Shown here: piece after piece, positions 10,485-20,540 of the stretch
Layout of the letters: each line of letters starts with the position of its first letter
How positions within the stretch are numbered: the first letter of the stretch is position 1
Assembly: GCA_036339735.1 (NCBI GenBank)
Contig: JAYZAL010000039.1
Coordinates: forward strand, 1 to 50,333
Length of the DNA stretch: 50,333 bases
Direction: 5' to 3'
Origin: Candidatus Poribacteria bacterium
GTDB taxonomy: Bacteria; Poribacteria; WGA-4E; UBA9662
Position numbers and translations under genes: made by a program
Notes under the pieces: generated by a model
Database searches by the model: none
Seen by the model: the letters and a program-made list of their open reading frames with translations, nothing else
What the model was told of the DNA's origin: nothing

Positions 10485-11117
10485 TTACCTCAATGAATCC
10501 AGGAAATAGCCTGTAAACACCAAGATATTATATGCCGAAAAATTAATCCAAAATCGCTTACTTTTGCTCTGGTTTTTACTCAATTTGAAATTATAAAGTG
10601 ATTTAGTAAAAAAACTGGCCGAGATCAAATAATGGCCAACTTTATGGACTCTAGTTTCTTGATAAGATGCGTTGTTTAGTCCAGCAAACCCTATAAACAG
10701 GTCGAAACTAGAGGCAGCTACAGGTCCATAGACCCGCTTCCGGCTAGCCAAGTAACTCATTCCTACAAAAACAGTTTCCATTGCTGATATATATCCGAGT
10801 TCTACCCAAATAGGTGATTGGCCGGAGGACTGAGAGTCAGAGTAGTAGGCATGATGTCCTATCTTTGAGCTACTACTCAAGTTACGACTGTTGACAGGGG
10901 CTCTTTGGTCAAGTCGGGCAATAATCATATTAGATAGAGCTAATCTCTTGTTATCAAATTTGCTGTCGAAGGTCCATTGGTCAGGCCATTTCTTGAGTTC
11001 ACCGATGGTGCCAAAACTATCGACATCAATGTTAAATAACACTAGTATGATCGACACCAGCATTACACAATCGATTTTAGTTCTATTATTTGGACGAAAT
11101 TTGCCTTTGGACTTCAT
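10485..11117 (-). CDS. Hypothetical membrane protein (start reassigned to ATG 11117 or later)
   Basis: Open frame with hydrophobic segments; the first 23 codons of the 11186 ORF call look like the tail of the upstream ankyrin pseudogene. Confidence 0.5.
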   Translation of the reverse strand: MKSKGKFRPNNRTKIDCVMLVSIILVLFNIDVDSFGTIGELKKWPDQWTFDSKFDNKRLALSNMIIARLDQRAPVNSRNLSSSSKIGHHAYYSDSQSSGQSPIWVELGYISAMETVFVGMSYLASRKRVYGPVAASSFDLFIGFAGLNNASYQETRVHKVGHYLISASFFTKSLYNFKLSKNQSKSKRFWINFSAYNILVFTGYFLDSLR

Positions 11118-11725
11118 TCTGTTAAGGACCTCATCAACGCTACAACAGCCGACCGGCATGAAGATGGATGTTACCAGTATGAGCACCTGCTTGGATCAAA
11201 TAGCTAATGACGGTAGCGGAATCTCCGTTGGGATTCGTATAACCACCTTGTACTACCCGCATCGCCCAATATAAACCATCGTTGATAGTGTAATTGTCTT
11301 TGAACGAAGCATCAGTTTTACCACTTTGGATGACTCATCCAACTAGCATGACGAGAAGCTGACATGTTATAGCAACCGGGAGTCCTTCGATCAAAGCCAA
11401 GAGCTTGAGTCCCTTGACATTTCCACTTTGAGCCACTTGTGGAACTAGATTAATATCTTCTCTGGTGCTAAATCTGGGATAACTCGCCTGTCTAGGCTCG
11501 ATAGGATTGTCGGCTTTTGTTGTCACGATTGTTCTAATTGGCCGATTCCCTTGAAATTACAATTTTTACTTAATAACCCAGAAGGATTGGGTAGTTGCTT
11601 AATGAGTTGAGGCATTCTTGCTCTACTCCGATGTTGAGATACCATTTACCTCAAAGGTTTTTCCAGATTAGTTGGCACTTTCTTGGGGTAATACCATGTT
11701 CTATGATCATTCACCGAGACCTCCT
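11110..11725 (-). pseudogene. Decayed ankyrin-repeat gene
   Basis: AGGAGG RBS at 11720-11725 followed only by short ORFs; fragments in different frames read QVAQSGNVKGLKLL, GLYWAM..NPNGDSATVISYLIQAGA and PVGCCSVDEVLNR. Confidence 0.55.
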
Positions 11726-11757
11726 ATTCTCTAAGAGGACATGTCTGGATGCCACTG

Positions 11758-12609
11758 CTATGAACCGCGTGCTTCCCGCCAAGCAAGGTGGAATGACTTA
11801 ACCGACTGGTACCTCTGGTCCCGTTCCTGTTGACAAGCACGCAGTATTACCTCACAAAGAACATCAGCTCCACGGAATGGAGCTCGATTCAAGTTGTTAT
11901 CGAAAAGGAGAACCGCTGCTGTCCGCCCCATAGTGAAGACATTTGTAAGACCATCAACTACGGCCCCCTGCTCAAATTCTTCAGGAGCCATGAAACGCGC
12001 GGAGCCGAACATTCTACCCATTTTGTTGATTAATGGCCCTTGGTGGTAGTGGTCCAAATCAACCACAGATAATTTCTGGTGCTTGAAATCGTAGATTAGA
12101 CAGCCGTCGTAGAAGTCAATAGCCACCCAACCTTTTTGGGCTAGCAAGTTATGTAATTCATAGATAGTATCCAAGCATTTTAAAATTTCAATAACCGGTA
12201 GCAACCGAAATCTATGAAAGGCTGAAGATGTGTCATTTCGAGTAATAGCTGTAGCATACAATAGTTGTCCATCAACCCAATCGTAGACTAGCATTGGGCC
12301 AAGTATAGACTCAATAACTCCATGTAGGATCGGTCTAGCCGGATGATTACAACTATTACTGACACAAACAGCATTACGTAATAAAGAAACTCGTGCGCTG
12401 TGGGAAAGCCCTGATCCACCGAGGATATCCATGTTACCAGCAGTTTTGATAAAATAACGTTTACCTTTTGACCTTACACCGTAGCTTACATTACCGGAGT
12501 CCTGCGTATGATCAAATACGGCAAAGACATCTAAGTTCGCATGCAGATAAGTAGATGGTGCTTCATCGATAGTTGAAACGTCATGCAAGGGATGGTTCTG
12601 ACAGAACAA
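11758..12609 (-). CDS. Ser/Thr protein kinase-like protein
   Basis: YFIKTA lysine, AIDFYDGCLIY catalytic loop, VVDLD, FGSARFMAPEEF, TNVFTMG, C-terminal QRY. Confidence 0.8.
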   Translation of the reverse strand: MFCQNHPLHDVSTIDEAPSTYLHANLDVFAVFDHTQDSGNVSYGVRSKGKRYFIKTAGNMDILGGSGLSHSARVSLLRNAVCVSNSCNHPARPILHGVIESILGPMLVYDWVDGQLLYATAITRNDTSSAFHRFRLLPVIEILKCLDTIYELHNLLAQKGWVAIDFYDGCLIYDFKHQKLSVVDLDHYHQGPLINKMGRMFGSARFMAPEEFEQGAVVDGLTNVFTMGRTAAVLLFDNNLNRAPFRGADVLCEVILRACQQERDQRYQSVKSFHLAWREARGS

Positions 12610-12680
12610 CGCTTGTCACCTTTTTAATTGCACATAATCCTAAACGAGTGTAGCAGATTATTTTCAAAACGATTTAACTT

Positions 12681-13172
12681 TTAAATTGGTTTGAGATCTT
12701 CTCTTTCATCTCCACAAAACTTTAGTATATTCGAATCCAAGTCTGAGACCACCATAACCGTCCACCCCCAGTCTCTCATTTTGGGAGGTTCTATGATGAT
12801 GGCTCCATTTTGCTCAAATTCCCGATGCAAATCGTTCAGCATATTGGTTGGGTCTAATTCGATATACAGCTGTAATCTGAACTCACTTTGATTTAGCTTA
12901 CGATCCAGAAAAATTTCAATACCATTACGTTGCAAGCCTACCATAGCAGTGTTTCCCACTTGGTCGACATGTATCCACTCCTGAGAAAAACCAAGCTTTT
13001 GACAATAATAATCAACACTTTGTTGAATATCAAGCACACTAATACAAGGAACTGAGCGAAAGCTCACCTGGGTTGGTATATTGGGCGAGTTTGTAGGCAT
13101 ATATAATTTACAGAAACCAGATACTGACTCATCATAGTCGGCTACTCTATTACAGTTCTTTGAAAGTGGCAA
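12681..13172 (-). CDS. VOC/glyoxalase/bleomycin-resistance family protein (true start possibly ~13101)
   Basis: PCISVLDIQQSVDYYCQKLGF and PPKMRDWGWTVMVVSDLDSNILKF. Confidence 0.8.
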   Translation of the reverse strand: MPLSKNCNRVADYDESVSGFCKLYMPTNSPNIPTQVSFRSVPCISVLDIQQSVDYYCQKLGFSQEWIHVDQVGNTAMVGLQRNGIEIFLDRKLNQSEFRLQLYIELDPTNMLNDLHREFEQNGAIIIEPPKMRDWGWTVMVVSDLDSNILKFCGDEREDLKPI

Positions 13173-13211
13173 CCTGTTTATTAACTAAGATTTCTATTGG
13201 CACTAACATTC

Positions 13212-14003
13212 TCATTCTGAATGCGGCCCAGTCTGGGTGTATTGCCTCAGTAGAGCTGCTATCTGAAGGTTATCTATAGCCATTGCATTTTCGTAGTGCG
13301 ATTTTTGGTTATAGTAGTCCCTTGAATGGGGGTTTGCACCATATTTTAACAGTAGAGCAACGCGTGATTGGAAATTTTCCTTCACTGCATATCCTAACAA
13401 AAAATCGAGCATTCCATATTGACCGTCTGCATCCCAATTAATCTTATGCTGCGCATCTAGCCCATATTCGAGTAGCAATTTTATCGTTTCATCATCTTTA
13501 TTGAACATTCGATTATAGAGCGCCTGCCCATCGTTGGGATTTGCGCCTGAATCCAACAACAATCTGGCTAATTCAAAACTGTACTGATGTGGTGGTTGGT
13601 TAACCGGCCCACGTTCACCTTCACCCAAGGCGCCGGTAATCGCGGTAAATATGGAACCATATGGGTAAGTAAAGTTTGTATTGGGATCGGCCCCAAATTC
13701 TAATAACAATTTTGCCGTCTTTAGACTGTTGTAGCCAGTAGATGAACTAATGACTCTCCCATAACACAAGTAGAGTAGCGGATCCCACTCTCGTGGACCA
13801 CCCTTTTGTCTCACTAACAACGGATCTGTTTGTAGATGACGTCTCACAGTATCTACATCACCAATAACGGAAGCCGTATAAATATCTGGTTCCAGTCGAT
13901 CTCCATGCAGATCTAACATGGATTGGGCCTCCGCATATCTATCTACACAATCTTGATCTGTATATTCTAAACAAGCTAAGGTTAAAAATTTATCTGTTAT
14001 CAT
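13212..14003 (-). CDS. Ankyrin repeat protein
   Basis: DPLLYLCY, LLLEFGADPN, LLLDSGANPNDGQALYN, LLLKYGANP. Confidence 0.85.
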   Translation of the reverse strand: MITDKFLTLACLEYTDQDCVDRYAEAQSMLDLHGDRLEPDIYTASVIGDVDTVRRHLQTDPLLVRQKGGPREWDPLLYLCYGRVISSSTGYNSLKTAKLLLEFGADPNTNFTYPYGSIFTAITGALGEGERGPVNQPPHQYSFELARLLLDSGANPNDGQALYNRMFNKDDETIKLLLEYGLDAQHKINWDADGQYGMLDFLLGYAVKENFQSRVALLLKYGANPHSRDYYNQKSHYENAMAIDNLQIAALLRQYTQTGPHSE

Positions 14004-14020
14004 GAATCAATAATTAGAGC

Positions 14021-14605
14021 TCATTTGGTTTCTGTAGCTTCAGCACCAATGGAGGTTAAATAGGTGATGGCTCCCGTATTACCTGATTCTAAAGCTATCT
14101 TCAGTGGGGTTCTGTTTTTATAGTGTCGAGAATCATTAGGATTCGCACCTGCTTCGACCAAAATTTTCAGTACAGCAGCATACTGATCTTCTTTTCCTTC
14201 TCCTCTGGCTGATCCTCCCCAAGCTGCAGCATGTAGGCAATCTAGCGAATTAGCACTGGCTCCTAAACTCAGCAGTAGATGAATGGTATCAACGCGCGCG
14301 TTGTTGGCTGCCCACGACAGTACCGATCGATACCAGTTGGCCTTACTCGCATTGACATCAGCACCAAAACGCACTAATTCTCGAACTAGATTCAGCTTGC
14401 CGTCGTTGGCTGCATAGTGTAGAGCTGTACTACCTCTCACGAAGGGGTTTCCTTGTTCGTCCGGCCCGACCCATTCGAGGGTTGCAATCTGGGAATGATC
14501 ATTTAAGATCTGGATACCCAACGCTTCCTTTTCTTGATCATATTTTGTGGCCAACAGTTTATAGAATGGATCGTTTTCATGATGTACCTGATTCTCTTGA
14601 GTCAT
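14021..14605 (-). CDS. Ankyrin repeat protein
   Basis: GSTALHYAANDG, LVRFGADVN, SVLSWAANN, LVEAGANPN, TPLKIALESG. Confidence 0.9.
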   Translation of the reverse strand: MTQENQVHHENDPFYKLLATKYDQEKEALGIQILNDHSQIATLEWVGPDEQGNPFVRGSTALHYAANDGKLNLVRELVRFGADVNASKANWYRSVLSWAANNARVDTIHLLLSLGASANSLDCLHAAAWGGSARGEGKEDQYAAVLKILVEAGANPNDSRHYKNRTPLKIALESGNTGAITYLTSIGAEATETK

Positions 14606-14632
14606 TTTTCTCTTTATCCTCTATTTTCTGGC

Positions 14633-15426
14633 TTACACTAGACTAGCATTTATAGTCGGGTGTCCAGTAGAGGGCAAATAAATGCTTCCACCTTTCCCCT
14701 GAAAACCAATATCAGCAAATGAACCACCATTGTTAACGATGTGATCAGCAACACTGTTTGGGTTAAATTCAATGACTAAAGATAAATCCCCCAGGGTAGC
14801 TGCTAGAAATATACCCGGTGTTGCACCACGATCTAGTAAAAGTCGCGCAACATCAGTGGCAGAGTTAATCTGTATCTGGGCCGGAATAGAAGAGTCGTCC
14901 CGACACGTGTATCCAGATCGGCATTGCAATCCAGAAAGATATTAGCAATCTTGGTCGTATGGGCAAAATGAAGGGCCGTAGCCCCATCACCACCCAGAGT
15001 ATTTACCAGAGAGCTATCCTTGTAGAGTAAGTAAAATACAATATCAGAAAGCCTGAGGGCTGCAGCCACATATACAGCAGGCTCAGTACATTTTTTTATC
15101 AGGTGCCCGTTTACTACAACTGGTATTTTTTTAACTAGAAACCGTTAGCCCAAAACTGAGTTACAGCATCTATTTCTAATTCACACTCCATTAACAGATC
15201 AACCATCTTCGTAGCTGGATGCCTCTAACGATGCTGGACGTCCATAATCAAATATACCGTTGTTGAGCTCGTCTCGAACTAAGTCGTTGGTCAGATCCTT
15301 CTCAAACAGAGAGAAATCATTATCTTGTACGGCTATTTTGAACGAACCAATTGGATTCTTCAACCATTTTGACCCACAGTCAGAACTGATTTCACCTAAT
15401 CGGATCACTTTAAACCAACTTTCCAA
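14633..15426 (-). pseudogene. Frameshifted ankyrin-repeat gene
   Basis: Three short ORFs in different frames (15199-15426, 14833-15069, 14633-14929) join into one ankyrin protein: GGDGATALHFA..FLDCNADLD / DVARLLLDRGATPGIFLAATLGD. Confidence 0.7.
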
Positions 15427-15872
15427 CCACTAGCACCGTGTAAATTCGGGCTGCCATCGTTCGCTTGCCCCTGGTATTTTGTCACCAAGATTGTGCTACG
15501 ATCAGACGAGACCTCCTGTACCATTTGCCACGTGATTTCTTCTGGTCTCGGCTGAACATACATGGGCCAACCACTCAGCCAAACCTTGGCTTTCCTTTGC
15601 CAGAGAGTGTCTACTTGTCCCGCGCACTGACCAATATTGATGTAAAAAAAACGTTTCGCTGGAGTCCCACGGCAGAATGGACCTGTGAAGTTTGGTTTTT
15701 TAGATCGCTGGTTGGGTTTAACAACGGCGGAAAAATCAAACCGGATATCATCACCGGTGGATTTGGTCGTGGAAACAAAACTACCTTGGTTATCCTCTAG
15801 ACAATACAGAATATCTCGTGGAGGGGCAAGCAAAACTACGCGAAGTGTGACCCGGTACTCATTGGTAGACAT
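15405..15872 (-). CDS. DUF5990-like protein
   Basis: PNFTGPFCRGTPAKRFFYINIG..WQRKAKV pattern recalled for this family. Confidence 0.6.
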   Translation of the reverse strand: MSTNEYRVTLRVVLLAPPRDILYCLEDNQGSFVSTTKSTGDDIRFDFSAVVKPNQRSKKPNFTGPFCRGTPAKRFFYINIGQCAGQVDTLWQRKAKVWLSGWPMYVQPRPEEITWQMVQEVSSDRSTILVTKYQGQANDGSPNLHGASGWKVGLK

Positions 15873-15938
15873 CAGTTTTTTAATTTTGTACTAACTCGTT
15901 CCACCCCCAGAATTCAAAAGAAATCATGACCAGAAGGA

Positions 15939-16364
15939 CTAACTATTGGTTAAGGCCTTCAATAAGAACTGGGGTTGATTGGTGCCTATACGAAATTTTT
16001 TATTGTTTCTATATGTCAACTCTATTGCATCCAGCTCGCCCATACTCCACATCCAGCCGTGTGGTGTTAATCGAATACCCCAGCCATACCACCAGCGATT
16101 ACGGACCTGTGTTACTTGATCAATTTTTTTCCGGCAGATGGTACGTTTAATTAAGCCCAAACCAAAACATAGTCGAATTTCTTTACTATTGACTTCGATC
16201 GTCAACCCCCAAAATACAGTAGTAAAAATGACAGACGGTAATAAAAGCACCAGTGCAGCTCTCGACTTAGCACATATCAACATTAGGGACAGTAACCAAA
16301 AAGAGAGCACCATTATTATAAACCAGACTGGTAATTGACGATGCCGATAGTGAAACTGTTCCAT
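15939..16364 (-). CDS. Small membrane protein with a PH-like C-terminal domain
   Basis: Two N-terminal TM helices, then WWYGWGIR and FRIGTNQP motifs. Confidence 0.65.
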   Translation of the reverse strand: MEQFHYRHRQLPVWFIIMVLSFWLLSLMLICAKSRAALVLLLPSVIFTTVFWGLTIEVNSKEIRLCFGLGLIKRTICRKKIDQVTQVRNRWWYGWGIRLTPHGWMWSMGELDAIELTYRNNKKFRIGTNQPQFLLKALTNS

Positions 16365-16490
16365 ACTGCTACTGTTTCCTAATTAAGCCTAGCTGAGTTT
16401 TTTGAGATAAATAACTAATCCCCAGACCTAAAGTAATAATCAGTTTAATTGCAGTTCATTGCACTTAACTGTGTGAACATATACGATCTT

Positions 16491-17252
16491 TCAAATGTCG
16501 GAGTTAACTGTTTTTTTTCGGCCAACGACTATCAAGGTAGATGGAAAATTATTCAGATTGACTTCGAGCCAATGTTCATCCTCAACCTGAAGATCATGTT
16601 CTTCAACTTTGACCAGTTCACAACCGGCATCTACCACCGACTGAACATGATCTGAAACCGTCCAGTGATACTCAAAAGTTGGTAATCCTTCGTCTGACCT
16701 ATATTCGTAAGGACCTCGGTTTAAATAGTTATAGCAAGAATTTTCTTTGCCATTGGCATCAGTCCACATTCGGCGGATGGGGTGATATTCACTTACTAAG
16801 AAGATACCTCTACTCTTTAATATACGAACTGCTTCAGAATAGTATTTTTCAATATCAGCAACCCATACGGATACATGTCCACCAGTATAAACCAGATTGA
16901 AACTACTGCAGGTCAAGGCAGATAAGTCTGTTACATCTGCCTGGAGAAACGACAGTTGAAGGCCAAGTTGGCTAGCACGATTAGCAGCAATATCGAGCCT
17001 ACGTTGTGAGAAATCCACCGAAGTGACCCGTCCACCAAGACCCACTAAAGCAAAAGCGACCTCGTTGTCCCCACTACCTAGAACACAAACCTCTTTCCCT
17101 TCGATATTATTAACAAAGGACATCTCTAGTGGGCCCAAAACCAAAGAAGGATTTTCATGAGCCTTCCTCCACAGTCCACGATGATCTTCTTTTTCTTTCC
17201 ACCAGTTTGCGGAAGCATCCCAAAAAGCTTGATTGGATTGATGTGGGTTCAT
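16491..17252 (-). CDS. Class I SAM-dependent methyltransferase
   Basis: VCVLGSGD motif I, VTSVDFS, QADVTDL, RILKSRGIFLVSEYHP. Confidence 0.85.
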   Translation of the reverse strand: MNPHQSNQAFWDASANWWKEKEDHRGLWRKAHENPSLVLGPLEMSFVNNIEGKEVCVLGSGDNEVAFALVGLGGRVTSVDFSQRRLDIAANRASQLGLQLSFLQADVTDLSALTCSSFNLVYTGGHVSVWVADIEKYYSEAVRILKSRGIFLVSEYHPIRRMWTDANGKENSCYNYLNRGPYEYRSDEGLPTFEYHWTVSDHVQSVVDAGCELVKVEEHDLQVEDEHWLEVNLNNFPSTLIVVGRKKTVNSDI

Positions 17253-17408
17253 AATGTTTTTCCGATATAGAGAATAGTGTCAGCTTATCTCGGTATTTAC
17301 AGATGATCAACTCTTAGTTATTATCTAGCGTAACAGAAACTCACTTCCCTATGAAGTAATTTGCGTTTCACTTTTCACACAACAGACCGATTTGCGTTGG
17401 GATCTCCC

Positions 17409-18155
17409 ATGGGTAATTTTTTCAAACCTTGGTTTAGTAATTTTTGCCTGTGGCTATATGCGGGCCTGAATTTGCTTTTAGGCCTAACTGGTTGCAGGAA
17501 ACAATTCATAACTGACTATCCCAATAGTTTTCCAAGCTTGAACGATTACACAACAGACCGAGAGACCCATTACCCACTGAGAATTACCATGAAAACAAGC
17601 CACGTCCTCTCAATAGTTGACCAAAAAAAATATCAAGTAGCAGAGACTGGTGAAGAATATATTATTACGGTACCCGTGGTCAAATACTATCAACCCACCC
17701 AATTCCTAGTCAAGAGTAGCCCTGAGCCTATTCAATTAGGAACAGAGATGTTGCCCTACATGGAGCTCGATGATCTTAGGTTTTTTATGAAAAAGTATCA
17801 AATTGTCAGAGAATTTGACACACCGGAAGAAATTTACCTATACAACTGGGTGGATGAAGCTCAAAAAGCCATGATCTTCCAAACAGGTGTTGTAGTAAAT
17901 CAGGTTAATACAAACACGCTGCCATCTACTAAGTTCAAATTGGTTCACTTACCAGCTTTGAAAGTATGTAGCATTCTGTATATCGGCCCATTTCCCTATC
18001 AGAAGAATAGCGGTTGGCAGAAAATTAATTGGGAACGTAGGGCGGCAGAAGCTGGTTATAAATATACAGAAGTTTTGTACCGAGAACTCTATCATCGATA
18101 CGACTTTGGTGGTAGGAACCAGCATGTAACCGAAATAGAAATCTCGATCGATTAA
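17409..18155 (+). CDS. Putative lipoprotein with a GyrI-like small-molecule-binding C-terminal domain
   Basis: ATG at 17409, hydrophobic stretch ending in LTGC (lipobox); LPALKVCSILYIGP..YRELY..TEIEI resembles the GyrI-like fold. Confidence 0.5.
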   Translation: MGNFFKPWFSNFCLWLYAGLNLLLGLTGCRKQFITDYPNSFPSLNDYTTDRETHYPLRITMKTSHVLSIVDQKKYQVAETGEEYIITVPVVKYYQPTQFLVKSSPEPIQLGTEMLPYMELDDLRFFMKKYQIVREFDTPEEIYLYNWVDEAQKAMIFQTGVVVNQVNTNTLPSTKFKLVHLPALKVCSILYIGPFPYQKNSGWQKINWERRAAEAGYKYTEVLYRELYHRYDFGGRNQHVTEIEISID

Positions 18156-18230
18156 AAAATAATTGGATCAAATGTTAATTACAATGGCGTACTGACACCT
18201 AACTGGATAGCTATTAATTAGGGAAGAAAA

Positions 18231-19595
18231 ATGACAAACAGATCTCAGGCATTCAGACAAGCTGTTTTATTTATCGAGCAAAAAGACTCAGAGTCTCTTC
18301 ATCAACTACTAGGAAAATACTCCGACTTACTACACAACTCCGAGGTGGTCATATCCGATCAACCCCTTATCCATCATACACTTTCGTATGCTAATTTCTC
18401 GGGAGATGAACCTGATTTCTGGTCAACGCCCGAATGCGCTGATATCCTGAAAAGACATGGTGCTGTAATTGACGCTAAATTCTGTCTAAGAGCTCTTAGT
18501 ACAGCTGATTTTCCAATGATTGAGTGGTTAAGGCAAGAAAACGAGCTACCAGTCTGTCTTAGGGTTGTAGCAGCTCTAGGTCAGACCAAAGAAATTAAAA
18601 ATTGGTTACTAAGTGAAAATATTAGGGTAAATACAGCACCACCAACTAATTGGCTGAGGAGTACTTCCGATCCTCTTCATTACGTATGGAAAGATCAAAA
18701 TGGTGAATTGACAGATAAATGGTTGATTGCCGATGCTTTGCGATATGCTATTCGGTTCAATCATAAATCGACAGCCAAACTTCTTTTAGAACAGTTGGTA
18801 GAAATAGACCAAGAGTTATGCCAAAGAATCAAGGGGAAATGTGAGCCCGATTTTCTATCCTATATGATTCAACACCGAAGTCAAATCATTATGAATGATA
18901 CATTGCCTGCGTGGGAAATGTATCAACTAATTCAGGCTGAGGTTGCTGTTGTCAACGGAGATATGAACTTATTCCAGTATGTTGTAGAAGAAACACCATC
19001 ACTACTCAGTCGACAGTTTATAAGGCAGCAAGTAGCTCTACTTGAATTGGCGGCTTATTCGGATGGGTACTTATTTGCCAAATTATTATTGGATTCAGGG
19101 GCATATATCGGTAAGACCAATTCTCGCCCGAACTCCAATGCTTTAGTCTACGCCATTGAATATGGAAATCGTGAGATGGTGGAATTGTTGAAGGACCTAT
19201 GGACACCCCCGTACGATCTGCCGACTTTAGCAGGGTTGGGTGATTTATCGAAAGTAAAAACTTACCTGGACCACCACATGAATGCAGATTTAGCTGCTGG
19301 CTTGGCTCTTGCTTGCATGAACCAACATAAGGACATAGCTAATTATTTAATAGACCAAGGTGCTGATATAGATGCCGAGTGGAGTTTACATGAACCCGCT
19401 ACTATCCTACACCACTTGGCTTTTTTTGGTAAATTAGATATGGTTCAATTTCTAATTGAACGAGGTTCGGACCCAACAATTAAAGACTTTAGATACCAAT
19501 CAGATGCTTTGGGTTGGGCTAAATATAATGGCCAAGACAAAGTAGTAGCTTACCTGAGGCATGTGATAAAGGACAAACAATTGCAGGCCGAGTAA
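18231..19595 (+). CDS. Ankyrin repeat protein
   Basis: NALVYAIEYG, YLIDQGADID, TILHHLAFFG, FLIERGSDP, ALGWAKYNG. Confidence 0.85.
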   Translation: MTNRSQAFRQAVLFIEQKDSESLHQLLGKYSDLLHNSEVVISDQPLIHHTLSYANFSGDEPDFWSTPECADILKRHGAVIDAKFCLRALSTADFPMIEWLRQENELPVCLRVVAALGQTKEIKNWLLSENIRVNTAPPTNWLRSTSDPLHYVWKDQNGELTDKWLIADALRYAIRFNHKSTAKLLLEQLVEIDQELCQRIKGKCEPDFLSYMIQHRSQIIMNDTLPAWEMYQLIQAEVAVVNGDMNLFQYVVEETPSLLSRQFIRQQVALLELAAYSDGYLFAKLLLDSGAYIGKTNSRPNSNALVYAIEYGNREMVELLKDLWTPPYDLPTLAGLGDLSKVKTYLDHHMNADLAAGLALACMNQHKDIANYLIDQGADIDAEWSLHEPATILHHLAFFGKLDMVQFLIERGSDPTIKDFRYQSDALGWAKYNGQDKVVAYLRHVIKDKQLQAE

Positions 19596-19868
19596 ACAGG
19601 ATAGATATTGAAGAGTTTTTTATGTTAAATAACTAAAGAATATCTGAAAGGGTTAGTTTTAGCTCACTCGGTATCTAGATCGTCGGCGTCCAAATCAAAA
19701 TTCACGTTTGTTTCTTAAGTAATTTCTTACTGAAATTGGCTCGAAAGATAAACCGGTGTACGCTCGAATGCTTGTTGTGTGGAATACTCTTATAGATTCA
19801 ACAGTGTGTTTCTTTTTCGAATACGGACTGAAATTAACTTAACTAGAGATATTCAAAGCGAGGTGATT

Positions 19869-20522
19869 CTATGAATTTTCCGTTACTCTTTCCATTAAAA
19901 TCTGAAGTTTTTTCTGATCTAACCTGTTCTTTGTTCTAATCTTACTACATAGATCTATCCCAAAAGGGTTTACTTTTTCGATTGCACTTTTAACGTTATC
20001 TCCTCCTAATCCCCCTGCCAGAAACACAGGAATCGAACTCCTTTCAACAATTTCTGCAGACAATTCCCAATTATGAGTTCGACCTGTCCCTCCTAATTCC
20101 CTAATTGCTAAATTAGGATTACCACTGTCTAATAACAGATAATCAACGTAAGATGTAATTTTTAGGGCGGTATCGATCGCAGATCGATCAGTTACGTGTA
20201 CTACTTGCACAATGGACACTTTCGGTAATTCTTTTCTTAAGACTTCATAGACTTTACGATCAACAGAATCAACAATCTGAATCATATTTGTCGATGTTTT
20301 TCTGTGATGTGTAATAATTCCATCTGCAGTAGTTTCACTGGTCAGTAAGCAAGTCTTGATATAACTTGGGACAGAGGAAGTAATTTTTGCAATAGCCAGA
20401 TCTGAGATAACCCCAGGACCACTAGGCATATGTCCAACTAATCCCAAAGCCCAAGCACCAAAGTTAATAGCTAAATTTGCTTCTTCAACTGAAGCAATAC
20501 AACAAATTTTAACCCTTGTCAC
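19869..20522 (-). CDS. trpF: Phosphoribosylanthranilate isomerase
   Basis: RVKICCI, LLLDSG..GGTGRTHNW, FLAGGLGGDNV, PFGIDLCS. Confidence 0.85.
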   Translation of the reverse strand: MTRVKICCIASVEEANLAINFGAWALGLVGHMPSGPGVISDLAIAKITSSVPSYIKTCLLTSETTADGIITHHRKTSTNMIQIVDSVDRKVYEVLRKELPKVSIVQVVHVTDRSAIDTALKITSYVDYLLLDSGNPNLAIRELGGTGRTHNWELSAEIVERSSIPVFLAGGLGGDNVKSAIEKVNPFGIDLCSKIRTKNRLDQKKLQILMERVTENS

Positions 20523-20540
20523 TATCGAAGCCGGAATATT

